A stretch of 64,000 nucleotides of DNA from Escherichia phage cardinal: sequence record PQ567651.1, one strand, 5' to 3'. Shown piece after piece: positions 55,176-63,284 of the stretch (position 1 is the first letter of the stretch; every line of letters starts with the position of its first letter). The notes below the pieces were generated by a model. That model searched no databases, had not been told where the DNA came from, and saw nothing but the letters and a program-made list of their open reading frames with translations. The position numbers and the translations under genes were made by a program.

Positions 55176-55928
55176 ATGGGAAATAAAACCGCAAAGGCTC
55201 GTCGTCAATCAGCAGCCAATGATGACAAACGTGCCAGTCGTTATGCGGCTAAAGCAGTAGGAAATGATGATTACCGTCTTGATGAATTTACCCCTGTTGG
55301 GAATCAAGAAGCTATTGTAAGAAGCATGGTTTGGAATGATTTAACCATTGTTAATGCCCCAGCAGGAACAGGAAAAACGACAACAGCACTATGGAAAGCA
55401 TTGCAAATGCTTAAAGCTGGTGATTTCAGAAAGTTGATTTTCCTTAAAAACCCGACAGAAGTAGGTGATGATCAAATTGGTTTCTTATCTGGAGATAAGA
55501 CTGATAAACTAGCAGCACATTACGAATCAACTAAAAGAATTTTCCAACAGTTTATGACTGCAAATAAATTGGAAAACGATATTGCAAGTGGCAAAATTGA
55601 ACTTAATATTCCAAACTATGCACTAGGTGCTACGTGGGATAACAGCATTATTCTTATTGATGAAGTTCAACTTATGTCACCAAATACAGTAAAACTTCTC
55701 CTTGAGCGAGCAGGTCTTAATACACGTATTGTCATTATGGGTGATGTTAATCAAACATATGCAATTAAACGAAGAGCTAATGGGTTAGGTGATTTGTTAG
55801 ATCGTGTTGTTCCTATTAACGAAGAAGGAGAAAGGGAAGCTATTGTAGATTTTATTGGTTATGTTGAAATGACAACTGCTGATAACCAACGTTCCCGTTT
55901 GTCTCAGTTCATCACGGAAGTATATTAA
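55176..55928 (+). CDS. phoH: PhoH-like ATPase
   Basis: 250 aa; Walker A NAPAGTGKTTTAL and DEVQ Walker B. Confidence 0.75.
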   Translation: MGNKTAKARRQSAANDDKRASRYAAKAVGNDDYRLDEFTPVGNQEAIVRSMVWNDLTIVNAPAGTGKTTTALWKALQMLKAGDFRKLIFLKNPTEVGDDQIGFLSGDKTDKLAAHYESTKRIFQQFMTANKLENDIASGKIELNIPNYALGATWDNSIILIDEVQLMSPNTVKLLLERAGLNTRIVIMGDVNQTYAIKRRANGLGDLLDRVVPINEEGEREAIVDFIGYVEMTTADNQRSRLSQFITEVY

Positions 55929-55964
55929 TAATTACAAGGCAAGGATGCCTGTTATGGAGGTTAA

Positions 55965-56456
55965 ATGACGCTAATTGAGATTGATCGCAATGGTATTGAT
56001 GAATGCTATCAAGCTGGCTTAGTTAAGCCGAATGAGTTTAGACAGATTTATATTGACAAGATTGAAAAAGAAATATCTCTTCGTTTAGAGAACATGACAA
56101 CTTTGCAAAAAGTTCAGATGTTTTTTAGTTGGTTGAAAGGAGAGGATTGGCTAACTAAATATTACCAGGAATTATCTGATAGTCAAGAAGGCTTGTTTGA
56201 GTGTATAATAAATGTAGCTGGGTCTAATTCAGAGTTACTCCTGATTGATGAAGAAGATTCTAAACTTCTTTTTCTTAGCAGTATTTTTCACAAGAAATCT
56301 ATGTTAGTAAGAAATTGCAGTGATTTACTAAATCATCCACTAACAAGAACTAATAAAATTCTTGTGGATAAAGAAACACTAAGAGCTATTGATTACCTCC
56401 GTAAATATGTAAGCGGTGGTAAAGCAGTCCTTAAAACACTACAGGAGGAAGTATAA
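55965..56456 (+). CDS. hypothetical protein
   Basis: 163 aa. Confidence 0.4.
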   Translation: MTLIEIDRNGIDECYQAGLVKPNEFRQIYIDKIEKEISLRLENMTTLQKVQMFFSWLKGEDWLTKYYQELSDSQEGLFECIINVAGSNSELLLIDEEDSKLLFLSSIFHKKSMLVRNCSDLLNHPLTRTNKILVDKETLRAIDYLRKYVSGGKAVLKTLQEEV

Positions 56457-57109
56457 TGACAACAATTATTGCAACACGTAACAAAATTTTGTCTGACGGT
56501 AAGGTAACAGTAGGTAGTCGTGTAGACACTTTAAACTTCAAGAAAGTGCGTAAAATTGGGGACTACCTTGTTGGTGGTGCAGGACGTCTGTCTTCTATCC
56601 TGACTTTCTTTTCTTGGTTTGAACAAAACTTACAATGCCAGGCAGCACAAGAGACAATCCCAGGTTTGGTGATCCAGTCAGATCCCGATAAAGAAGATGA
56701 AGAGTTTGTGGCATTGGTTGTTCATCCAGATGGTAAAATTTATATGCACGAGGGTAATAATCCAACGCGAGCATATCCTTTAACTGAAGATTATTATGCT
56801 GTTGGTAGTGGGGCAGATTTTGCTTTAGCAGCTTTAGATGCAGGGGCAACTCCAGAAGAAGCGATGGAAGTTGCAAAACTGCGAGATGCTTTTTCCGGCG
56901 GTGAAACTTTTATCGAAGAGATCGAAGAACAACTGGAGTTAACAGCGGAAGATATTCTGAACTTCAGCAAGGAGCAACTAATTAGTATGCTGTTGACTGG
57001 TGATCCTGATAGCGATGAAGCTGAAAGTATTTTAGCAGAAATGAAAGAATCACAAGAAAAAGTATTGACAGTCTCTGAAAAACTTGATAAAGTGTCCTCT
57101 GATAATTAA
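56456..57109 (+). CDS. HslV-like N-terminal-nucleophile peptidase (proteasome beta-subunit homologue) with acidic C-terminal extension
   Basis: 217 aa; MTTIIATRNK...KKVRKIGDYLVGGAG...AVGSGADFALAALDAG aligns with E. coli HslV MTTIVSVRRN...KKVRRL...GFAGG...AIGSGGPYAQAAARAL as I remember it, including Thr2. Confidence 0.55.
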   Translation: MTTIIATRNKILSDGKVTVGSRVDTLNFKKVRKIGDYLVGGAGRLSSILTFFSWFEQNLQCQAAQETIPGLVIQSDPDKEDEEFVALVVHPDGKIYMHEGNNPTRAYPLTEDYYAVGSGADFALAALDAGATPEEAMEVAKLRDAFSGGETFIEEIEEQLELTAEDILNFSKEQLISMLLTGDPDSDEAESILAEMKESQEKVLTVSEKLDKVSSDN

Positions 57110-57117
57110 TCTAGTAT

Positions 57118-57139
57118 AAACCCCCTCAAGGGGGTTATT
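57118..57139 (+). terminator. rho-independent terminator
   Basis: AACCCCCT-CAA-GGGGGTTATT. Confidence 0.5.
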
Positions 57140-57149
57140 AGGAGGAGAT

Positions 57150-57578
57150 ATGTTACCAGTACCTGTAACCTTTGTAGAAAAAGCCTACTACTCTTTAGAA
57201 CAAAACTGTAAAAGAGCTAAAAATTTTATTGAAAGTTTAGCAGAACAGCGTTACACTGTATCTAAAAAGGGATGGTTCAGAACTTCACAATATTCAGTCA
57301 ACCCTTTCGGAGAAGTTCGTGTGTTGTACGGCAACACAGAAAATATCTTAGAAAGAATGTTAGAACTAGATAGGATCTCCTCCTGTGATTATCAACTGTT
57401 GAAATTTTACGATTTGTCAGAAAACTTTAAAAACTTTCTTGACGATTTATGTAAACGAAAAACAGAAGAAGATACAATACCAGTATCTATGGAAGAATTA
57501 ACGTTCTTAAGAGATATTATGGTTTTTGAAGAAGACCCTGAAATCACAAAAGAGGAGATTTTAAGTAGTGGCAAATAA
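57150..57578 (+). CDS. hypothetical protein
   Basis: 142 aa. Confidence 0.4.
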   Translation: MLPVPVTFVEKAYYSLEQNCKRAKNFIESLAEQRYTVSKKGWFRTSQYSVNPFGEVRVLYGNTENILERMLELDRISSCDYQLLKFYDLSENFKNFLDDLCKRKTEEDTIPVSMEELTFLRDIMVFEEDPEITKEEILSSGK

Positions 57579-58077
57579 GTATGATCGTCCACCAACTGAT
57601 TACTATCCTACTCCACAAAAATGTATAAATGCATTATTTAGTGTAATAGATTTTAATAACCTTAAAGAAGAAGGTTTTATTTTTGCAGAACCGTGTAAAG
57701 GCGCTGCTGCTGCAATTTATCAACATTTTCCAGAAGGATCAGAATATTGTGAGTTAGAAGAAGGGAAAGATTATTTTAACCACGAATGGCATACTAAGCC
57801 GGATATTATAATCACAAATCCCCCATTCAAACTTGCACTTGAGTTCTTGCAAAAGAGCTTAAAAGAAGCAGACGTTTGCATATACTTGTTGCGTCTTGGG
57901 TTCCTAGAGTCTATTAAACGAAGGGAATTCCATAAACAGAATCCACCAACAAATTTGATTGTTCTTTCTGAACGACCATCTTTTGTTGCAGGTGGTACTG
58001 ATAAGACAGCATATGCTTGGTACGTCTACGACCCAAAAAACAGGCTGGGTTTAACTCAACCTTTCTATTTTGTTTAA
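57568..58077 (+). CDS. small N6-adenine DNA methyltransferase-like protein (gamma-class motifs)
   Basis: 169 aa; DYYPTPQ...FAEPCKGAAA and IITNPPF (motif IV NPPF). Confidence 0.4.
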   Translation: MANKYDRPPTDYYPTPQKCINALFSVIDFNNLKEEGFIFAEPCKGAAAAIYQHFPEGSEYCELEEGKDYFNHEWHTKPDIIITNPPFKLALEFLQKSLKEADVCIYLLRLGFLESIKRREFHKQNPPTNLIVLSERPSFVAGGTDKTAYAWYVYDPKNRLGLTQPFYFV

Positions 58078-58321
58078 GAGGAGCATTTTTATGACCGAGA
58101 AATTTATTGTTACTATGGAACTCACCTTTGATGAAGAAGATTTTGATCTTCATGTATCAACTAAAGCAGATAACATTCACACAACACAGAGTGTTGCAAT
58201 CGCTATGTTCTTTAAACAAGCTATTGCAAAACAAGCTGAAGTATGTGCTGGTTTAGCTGTAGAGTATGCAGAAGTTGTCAAGGTTCTTGAAAGTGCTCGT
58301 AACGGCGATTGGGATGAATAG
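58070..58321 (+). CDS. hypothetical protein (frame stays open 67 codons past its TAG stop)
   Basis: 83 aa. Confidence 0.4.
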   Translation: MFKRSIFMTEKFIVTMELTFDEEDFDLHVSTKADNIHTTQSVAIAMFFKQAIAKQAEVCAGLAVEYAEVVKVLESARNGDWDE

Positions 58322-58528
58322 TGGCATACAATTACTATCTGGTATATTTTTAACGAAACTAAGAAAAAAGACACAGGAACTAATGTTTATGCGGAATCCG
58401 AAGAACACGCAAAAGCTATTGGTTCAGTGCTTCTTTCTAGAATAGCAGGTGAAGAAATTCCTGTAGAGGCTATCTTTGCAGAAGTTGACCCTAGTATTCA
58501 AGAGGATGGTATTACCACTACTTAACTG

Positions 58529-58557
58529 TTGACTTTAACATTAAGGTAGTGCATACT
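58529..58557 (+). promoter_or_regulatory. sigma70-like promoter TTGACT-N17-CATACT (weak -10)
   Basis: Read directly; followed by hairpin CCTGT-AACAGA-ACAGG whose 3' arm overlaps the SD AGGAGGG of the recombinase gene. Confidence 0.35.
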
Positions 58558-58582
58558 TCCTGTAACAGAACAGGAGGGTATT

Positions 58583-59245
58583 ATGAAGTTTGTACTATAT
58601 CATCGACTTTCTAAGAAGAAACAACAAGGCAACCAGTATGGTATAGAATCACAGGAAGCAGATATTCAACGCTTCCTGGATTCACAAGAAAATTATACTA
58701 TTGTAGGTAGCTTTGCAGAGTTTTATTCGGGTAAAGGCGATTGGAAGCAACGTAGAGAGCTTGTAAAAGCTGTTAATCTTTGCAAAGAAACAGGTGCTAC
58801 ACTTGTTGTTGCTAAGGTTGACCGTCTTGGACGTAACACAGCTTCTGTTGCAACCTTGTTAGAGATGATCAATGTACGAATAGCAACTATGCCCTCCGCT
58901 GAAAATATGATAATAAATATTTTAGCAGTTCTGGCAGAAGAAGAGGCTCGTGCAATATCTGATCGTGTTAAGAAGAGCCTTAAGGTAGCAAAAGCGAAGG
59001 GAACGCTTCTTGGTGCAGCAAACCCTAAATACAAAAGAACAGATTATAAGAAAACGGAAGAAGCAAAACGCTCAAGAGAGTTTGCGCTTTCTTTAAAAGA
59101 TTCTTTAGTTGCATACAGAGCTTGTAAAACGCCATATATGACGATTGCAAAGCATCTGAATGAATCAGGAAAGAGAACTATTCGTGGGAGTTTGTTCGAT
59201 GCCAAAGCGGTACAACGTCTTTGTGCAAAATTGAATATTAAATAA
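58583..59245 (+). CDS. serine recombinase (resolvase/invertase family)
   Basis: 220 aa; LYHRLSKKKQ (catalytic Ser region), VVAKVDRLGRN, C-terminal HTH. Confidence 0.7.
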   Translation: MKFVLYHRLSKKKQQGNQYGIESQEADIQRFLDSQENYTIVGSFAEFYSGKGDWKQRRELVKAVNLCKETGATLVVAKVDRLGRNTASVATLLEMINVRIATMPSAENMIINILAVLAEEEARAISDRVKKSLKVAKAKGTLLGAANPKYKRTDYKKTEEAKRSREFALSLKDSLVAYRACKTPYMTIAKHLNESGKRTIRGSLFDAKAVQRLCAKLNIK

Positions 59246-59254
59246 GGAGGAAAC

Positions 59255-59458
59255 ATGGCAGTTCAATCTTTTGAGGAGACTGTTAAAAAACAATTCCTAT
59301 CGAAGCGAGCGATGGTTGAATTTTTGCATTTTCTCGAAGTAGATAGGGTACTTATTGAGACTACACCAGATGGTAACTGGCAAGTCTCGTATATTGCCAC
59401 CAGGCATATCGTAGACAGTACGAAAGAAGAAAGTTCGGAAGTTACGGTTGCTAGTTAA
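59255..59458 (+). CDS. hypothetical protein
   Basis: 67 aa. Confidence 0.35.
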   Translation: MAVQSFEETVKKQFLSKRAMVEFLHFLEVDRVLIETTPDGNWQVSYIATRHIVDSTKEESSEVTVAS

Positions 59459-59469
59459 AGGAGTTAAGT

Positions 59470-60042
59470 ATGCGTTTAGCTTTTAACGGGAAGATAAGCA
59501 CAGCAAACATATTATCAGCCATAGGATTATTAGGTAAAAAATTCACACCTTTCAGTTTACCTGTTTGTGTAGATTTTGATCATGTATTTGATATTAATAA
59601 TCCTTCACGTTGTATCGCCAGAAGTAATATTGATAACCCAAGTGAAAATCTGTTTTATATTACTAAACCATCCCAGGCAATTTTGAATCAATGGGAAGCA
59701 GGTCTGATTAAACCAGGTAAATATTTTGCATTACTACCTTGTAAATCATTGGCTATAGAGGACAGTCTAAACTATGCAAACAATCTTGTTGTTACAGCAT
59801 TCATTGTCTCAGAAAAAGAAGAAACTGCGGCACTTGCAAACACTGTTAAATCTTTGTATGATGCTTTGGGTGTTACTTACACTACCTTCGTTTGTGAAGA
59901 TATTCCACATTGCGTTGAATTCGTGGTGAATGGTGTAACTGTATGTCGTGTAGAAACAACTCAAGACGAAGACGTTTTTATTACTGTAGCCGATGTAATA
60001 TCTGAACCTGTGTTTAGTTATGCAGTTTCATTAACACATTAA
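59470..60042 (+). CDS. hypothetical protein
   Basis: 190 aa. Confidence 0.4.
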   Translation: MRLAFNGKISTANILSAIGLLGKKFTPFSLPVCVDFDHVFDINNPSRCIARSNIDNPSENLFYITKPSQAILNQWEAGLIKPGKYFALLPCKSLAIEDSLNYANNLVVTAFIVSEKEETAALANTVKSLYDALGVTYTTFVCEDIPHCVEFVVNGVTVCRVETTQDEDVFITVADVISEPVFSYAVSLTH

Positions 60043-60052
60043 GGAGAAGGGG

Positions 60053-60379
60053 ATGAAAATAACGACAGAACAGGCTTTAATAGACAAAGGAAGGGAAATC
60101 TTAGAAAGTCATTTGGAGGATATTCAAAGGACTCCAGGGTATCTCGGCTGGCGTATACAAGAAGCCGTCGATTTTCTACCCCGTAAAAATAAAGAGATTG
60201 AAGTAAGATCTCTATTCCTCCTTGTTAAAGTAGATGGTGACGCTATATACAAAGATGTAGCGTCTCACATTGAACAAATAGAAGAAAAAGCCTACAAAGA
60301 ATTTGCAGATCTTGTTGTAGAACATAATATAGAAGGTAAAGTTAATATCTTTATACTTATGGATTTTGAGGAGAGTTGA
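60053..60379 (+). CDS. hypothetical protein
   Basis: 108 aa. Confidence 0.4.
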   Translation: MKITTEQALIDKGREILESHLEDIQRTPGYLGWRIQEAVDFLPRKNKEIEVRSLFLLVKVDGDAIYKDVASHIEQIEEKAYKEFADLVVEHNIEGKVNIFILMDFEES

Positions 60380-61121
60380 TGCTAGTATATCAAGAAATTA
60401 GTGTAAAAGATGATCAAGACCTGTTTATTATTGGTGATTTACATGGTTGCTTTGATTGTACCAGAAAGGTGTTAATACTTTAGGTATCCGAGATCAAGAT
60501 GTTGTTGTATCTTTAGGAGATCTTACAGATCGCGGCAAGCAGAATTTTCGTTGTGTTGTTGAATTCACCAGAAAGCTAAATCGTTATGGTATTCGTGGAA
60601 ACCATGAAGATATGATGATTAAAGGGTTGCTAGAAGGTGATAGACGATATTACGAATGTTGGTTTCAGAACGGAGGCCATACAGTTCTAGACGAGTGTGG
60701 AGAAGAGGGTGCAACTGCTCTTGCTTCGATGCTAGAAGATTTACCTGTTGTACTTGTTGTCAATTATCGTAATATGAAACTAGGCTTTATTCACGGTGGG
60801 TATCCTTCAGTTTTGGAACATTTGCCAATAACAGAAGTTTTGCCATTTTGTTTGAATATGAATAAAGAGCAAGTTTCTCGATTCACAGAATCTTTAATGT
60901 GGGATCGTGATATGATAGATTGCGCACTTGAAGGGATTCTTCTTCCTAGAGTTTCAGGAGTAGATTATGTATTTCACGGGCATTCTTATGTTCCTAAACC
61001 TGTGATTAGCAGTAATAGGGTATATATGGACACAGGATCTTGCTTCAATGGTAATTTAACCTTTGCATATTTTGATGATTCAAATACGTTACAATTTTAT
61101 TCTACTTTAGAGGAGGACTAA
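60379..61121 (+). pseudogene. Ser/Thr protein phosphatase (lambda PPase-like metallophosphatase) split by a frameshift near 60453-60483
   Basis: Frame 1 from ATG 60379 gives MLVYQEISVKDDQDLFIIGDLHGCFDCTRKVLIL* (GDxHG motif); the -1 frame continues ...YQKGVNTLGIRDQDVVVSLGDLTDRG...GIRGNHE... (GDxxDRG and GNHE motifs). Confidence 0.55.
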
Positions 61122-61441
61122 TGTATAAAATCACAATTAAAGAAACAGTAGGAGAACTTACGAAAGAAACTACTATTGAGACGGAAGATGTTGAGTTAGT
61201 CAAAGAGCTTTTATTTCCAAAACCAGAAATAAAAGATAATGATGAACAGTTGGATGAAGATAATGAGACAGCAAGGGATAAATGGAAGAAACAACTAGCG
61301 GAGATTTGGAAAAAGCCTGAAGTAACTCCTCCATTTGATCCTCGTAGACCTTATAATCCTTGGGAAATTGGAAGCCCTTGGTTTACGTACCCTATTACTC
61401 CAATTGTTAATCCAATTGTTACTCCCAATATTACTTGTTAA
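61121..61441 (+). CDS. hypothetical protein with Pro-rich C-terminus
   Basis: 106 aa. Confidence 0.4.
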   Translation: MYKITIKETVGELTKETTIETEDVELVKELLFPKPEIKDNDEQLDEDNETARDKWKKQLAEIWKKPEVTPPFDPRRPYNPWEIGSPWFTYPITPIVNPIVTPNITC

Positions 61442-61451
61442 GGAGAAAACC

Positions 61452-62030
61452 ATGAGCGATTTATTCTACACAGGTGTTGGTAGCAGAGATATTACAGACG
61501 AAGAATGGGATACTATGGTATCTGTTGCAAAATGGCTATCTACATGGTTCATTTTGCGATCTGGTAAAGCAGAAGGTGCAGATTCCGCATTTGAATGCGG
61601 GGTATATGATAGTGGGAACAATACAAAGAAAGAAATATACATCCCTTGGCTCTCGTTTAAAGGTAATGAAATAGAGGGAGAGGTTATTGTTCTTGACAGA
61701 CCAGATAGTGTAAACTATGCTCTAACCTTGCAATATGCAAAAGAATTGCATCCAGCTTGGGACAGATTATCTCAAGGTGCTAAAAAATTACATCAAAGAA
61801 ATATCCACCAAGTTCTTGGAAGAGACCTTGAGAATCCAAAACCATCTTGTTTTCTTTTAGCTTGTGCAAATACAGATAAAAATGGAGATCCTTTAGGTGG
61901 TACAAGAACAGCTTGGATGTTGGCTAAAAAGTTTAATGTCCCTTGTTTTAATATTCGAGGTAAAAGTAAAAAACAAATTTTCGAATTTATTAAGCCTATT
62001 TTAGAGGAGAATGGTCTTGTCCAGAAATAA
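61452..62030 (+). CDS. DprA/Smf-like Rossmann-fold (SLOG-type) protein, tentative
   Basis: ATG at 61452 after AAGGAG; YTGVGSRD...RSGKAEGADSAFECG resembles the DprA VGTR...SGxAxGIDxAAH pattern. Confidence 0.35.
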   Translation: MSDLFYTGVGSRDITDEEWDTMVSVAKWLSTWFILRSGKAEGADSAFECGVYDSGNNTKKEIYIPWLSFKGNEIEGEVIVLDRPDSVNYALTLQYAKELHPAWDRLSQGAKKLHQRNIHQVLGRDLENPKPSCFLLACANTDKNGDPLGGTRTAWMLAKKFNVPCFNIRGKSKKQIFEFIKPILEENGLVQK

Positions 62031-62535
62031 TATAAGCGTCATTAAAGATAGTTTTATTGATGTAACAAACGATATTGTACCTACAATACAATATATAGTT
62101 GAGGCACAAGGTTTAAACTTTATACGTGATAAAGTTAAGATTGTTTTTCATAACACTCCAGGTTTTGTAACAGTAGGTTCAACAAAAACGCCGTGCTCTA
62201 CAGATCTGATTACTTTAGACAAAAACTTAACACAAGAAGAAGTAGAAATTCTTAACCTCTATTGGCTAGGTTTTAAAAGATATGAGGATACAGCTTTATC
62301 CCGAATGTCAACTATTTTAGCTAACATTCTGGTTCGGAAAATTTCTAAACTATGGGATGAAGAAAACCCAGATGAAATAGTTTTACACTTTGCTAAACCG
62401 GAAGACGGGGCATATGATATAGACACATCTGAAATGGCTTATGGGTTTATTATTTCTGGTAATGTATTACAGATGGAATCTTTATTGTATGTTGAGACAG
62501 TAAAACACAATAACAATTACGAGGAGGTTGTATGA
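62011..62535 (+). CDS. hypothetical protein
   Basis: 174 aa. Confidence 0.4.
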   Translation: MVLSRNNISVIKDSFIDVTNDIVPTIQYIVEAQGLNFIRDKVKIVFHNTPGFVTVGSTKTPCSTDLITLDKNLTQEEVEILNLYWLGFKRYEDTALSRMSTILANILVRKISKLWDEENPDEIVLHFAKPEDGAYDIDTSEMAYGFIISGNVLQMESLLYVETVKHNNNYEEVV

Positions 62536-62789
62536 AAGGTTTAGAGTTTAACTTTGTAGATGCGTGGGAAGGATGGGATGAACTAGGAGTAGGGGATTTA
62601 TGTTTTTATGATGTTACCTTGAAGGAAGAATACAAACATCTAGCTCCTAGTGAAGATTGCGATGTGATTCTAACTATCCTATTAAGTCAGTCTATAGTGC
62701 AATTTGATTTTCTAAAAGGTAGTGAGTGTATTGAAAGTAAAGCATTCCGTTTAGAAGTTTCTCTTGGTGAAGAAGTTCCTGTAGAATAA
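62532..62789 (+). CDS. hypothetical protein
   Basis: 85 aa. Confidence 0.4.
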   Translation: MKGLEFNFVDAWEGWDELGVGDLCFYDVTLKEEYKHLAPSEDCDVILTILLSQSIVQFDFLKGSECIESKAFRLEVSLGEEVPVE

Positions 62790-62792
62790 TAT

Positions 62793-62816
62793 AAACCCGC
62801 TTCGGCGGGTTTTTTG
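62793..62816 (+). terminator. rho-independent terminator
   Basis: AAACCCGC-TTCG-GCGGGTTTTTTG. Confidence 0.65.
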
Positions 62817-62845
62817 TTGACAACACCAGTTTTTTCGAATAAACT
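62817..62845 (+). promoter_or_regulatory. sigma70-like promoter TTGACA-N17-TAAACT
   Basis: Immediately after the terminator; then AGAGGAG and ATG at 62872. Confidence 0.4.
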
Positions 62846-62871
62846 ACAGAAAAACAGAAGAGGAGTTTAGC

Positions 62872-63282
62872 ATGTATTATAGTGATTATTTTGTAAACCC
62901 AACAAAAGAACAACTTCAATCAGCAGTGGATAAGATGCAGATTGTAGTTAAAGAATGTGAAAAAATAAGAAAACAACTACAAGAAGAGACTGTTGTTGTT
63001 AATAAATGGTTTGGTCTTAGGAAGAAAGTTGTTAGTAAACACAATATCATCCTTGAAAAAGCAAAAACGACAGGAACTAGTTACGCCTTACAAGCCTTGT
63101 TACTAAATTACATTGATATAGAACAACATTCTCTTCTGCACTGTTGGCTTAACAGTCCTGGTATTGAGGATCTCTTGTTCTGGTTATCGTGTGAATCTGT
63201 ACTTTTAAATGAGAATGAGGCTTACCGTTTAAACTTCTGCCTCAAGGCAGAATTACCAGCTAGTGTTAAGGAGAAGAAGTAA
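62872..63282 (+). CDS. hypothetical protein
   Basis: 136 aa. Confidence 0.4.
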   Translation: MYYSDYFVNPTKEQLQSAVDKMQIVVKECEKIRKQLQEETVVVNKWFGLRKKVVSKHNIILEKAKTTGTSYALQALLLNYIDIEQHSLLHCWLNSPGIEDLLFWLSCESVLLNENEAYRLNFCLKAELPASVKEKK

Positions 63283-63284
63283 TA

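Noticed and set aside
58583-59245. Temperate lifestyle (integrase) interpretation of the serine recombinase
   Set aside because: No repressor, attachment-site context or large-serine-recombinase C-terminal domain visible; the protein is resolvase/invertase-sized.
38942-62919. Minus-strand ORFs inside plus-strand early genes (for example 38942..39406, 39831..40290, 40474..41226, 41324..42006, 43945..44305, 46417..46659, 47982..48221, 49574..49819, 51835..52083, 54606..54896, 56595..56876, 57407..58374, 58723..59256, 62692..62919)
   Set aside because: Overlap motif-supported or well-punctuated plus-strand genes and lack RBS or promoter context.
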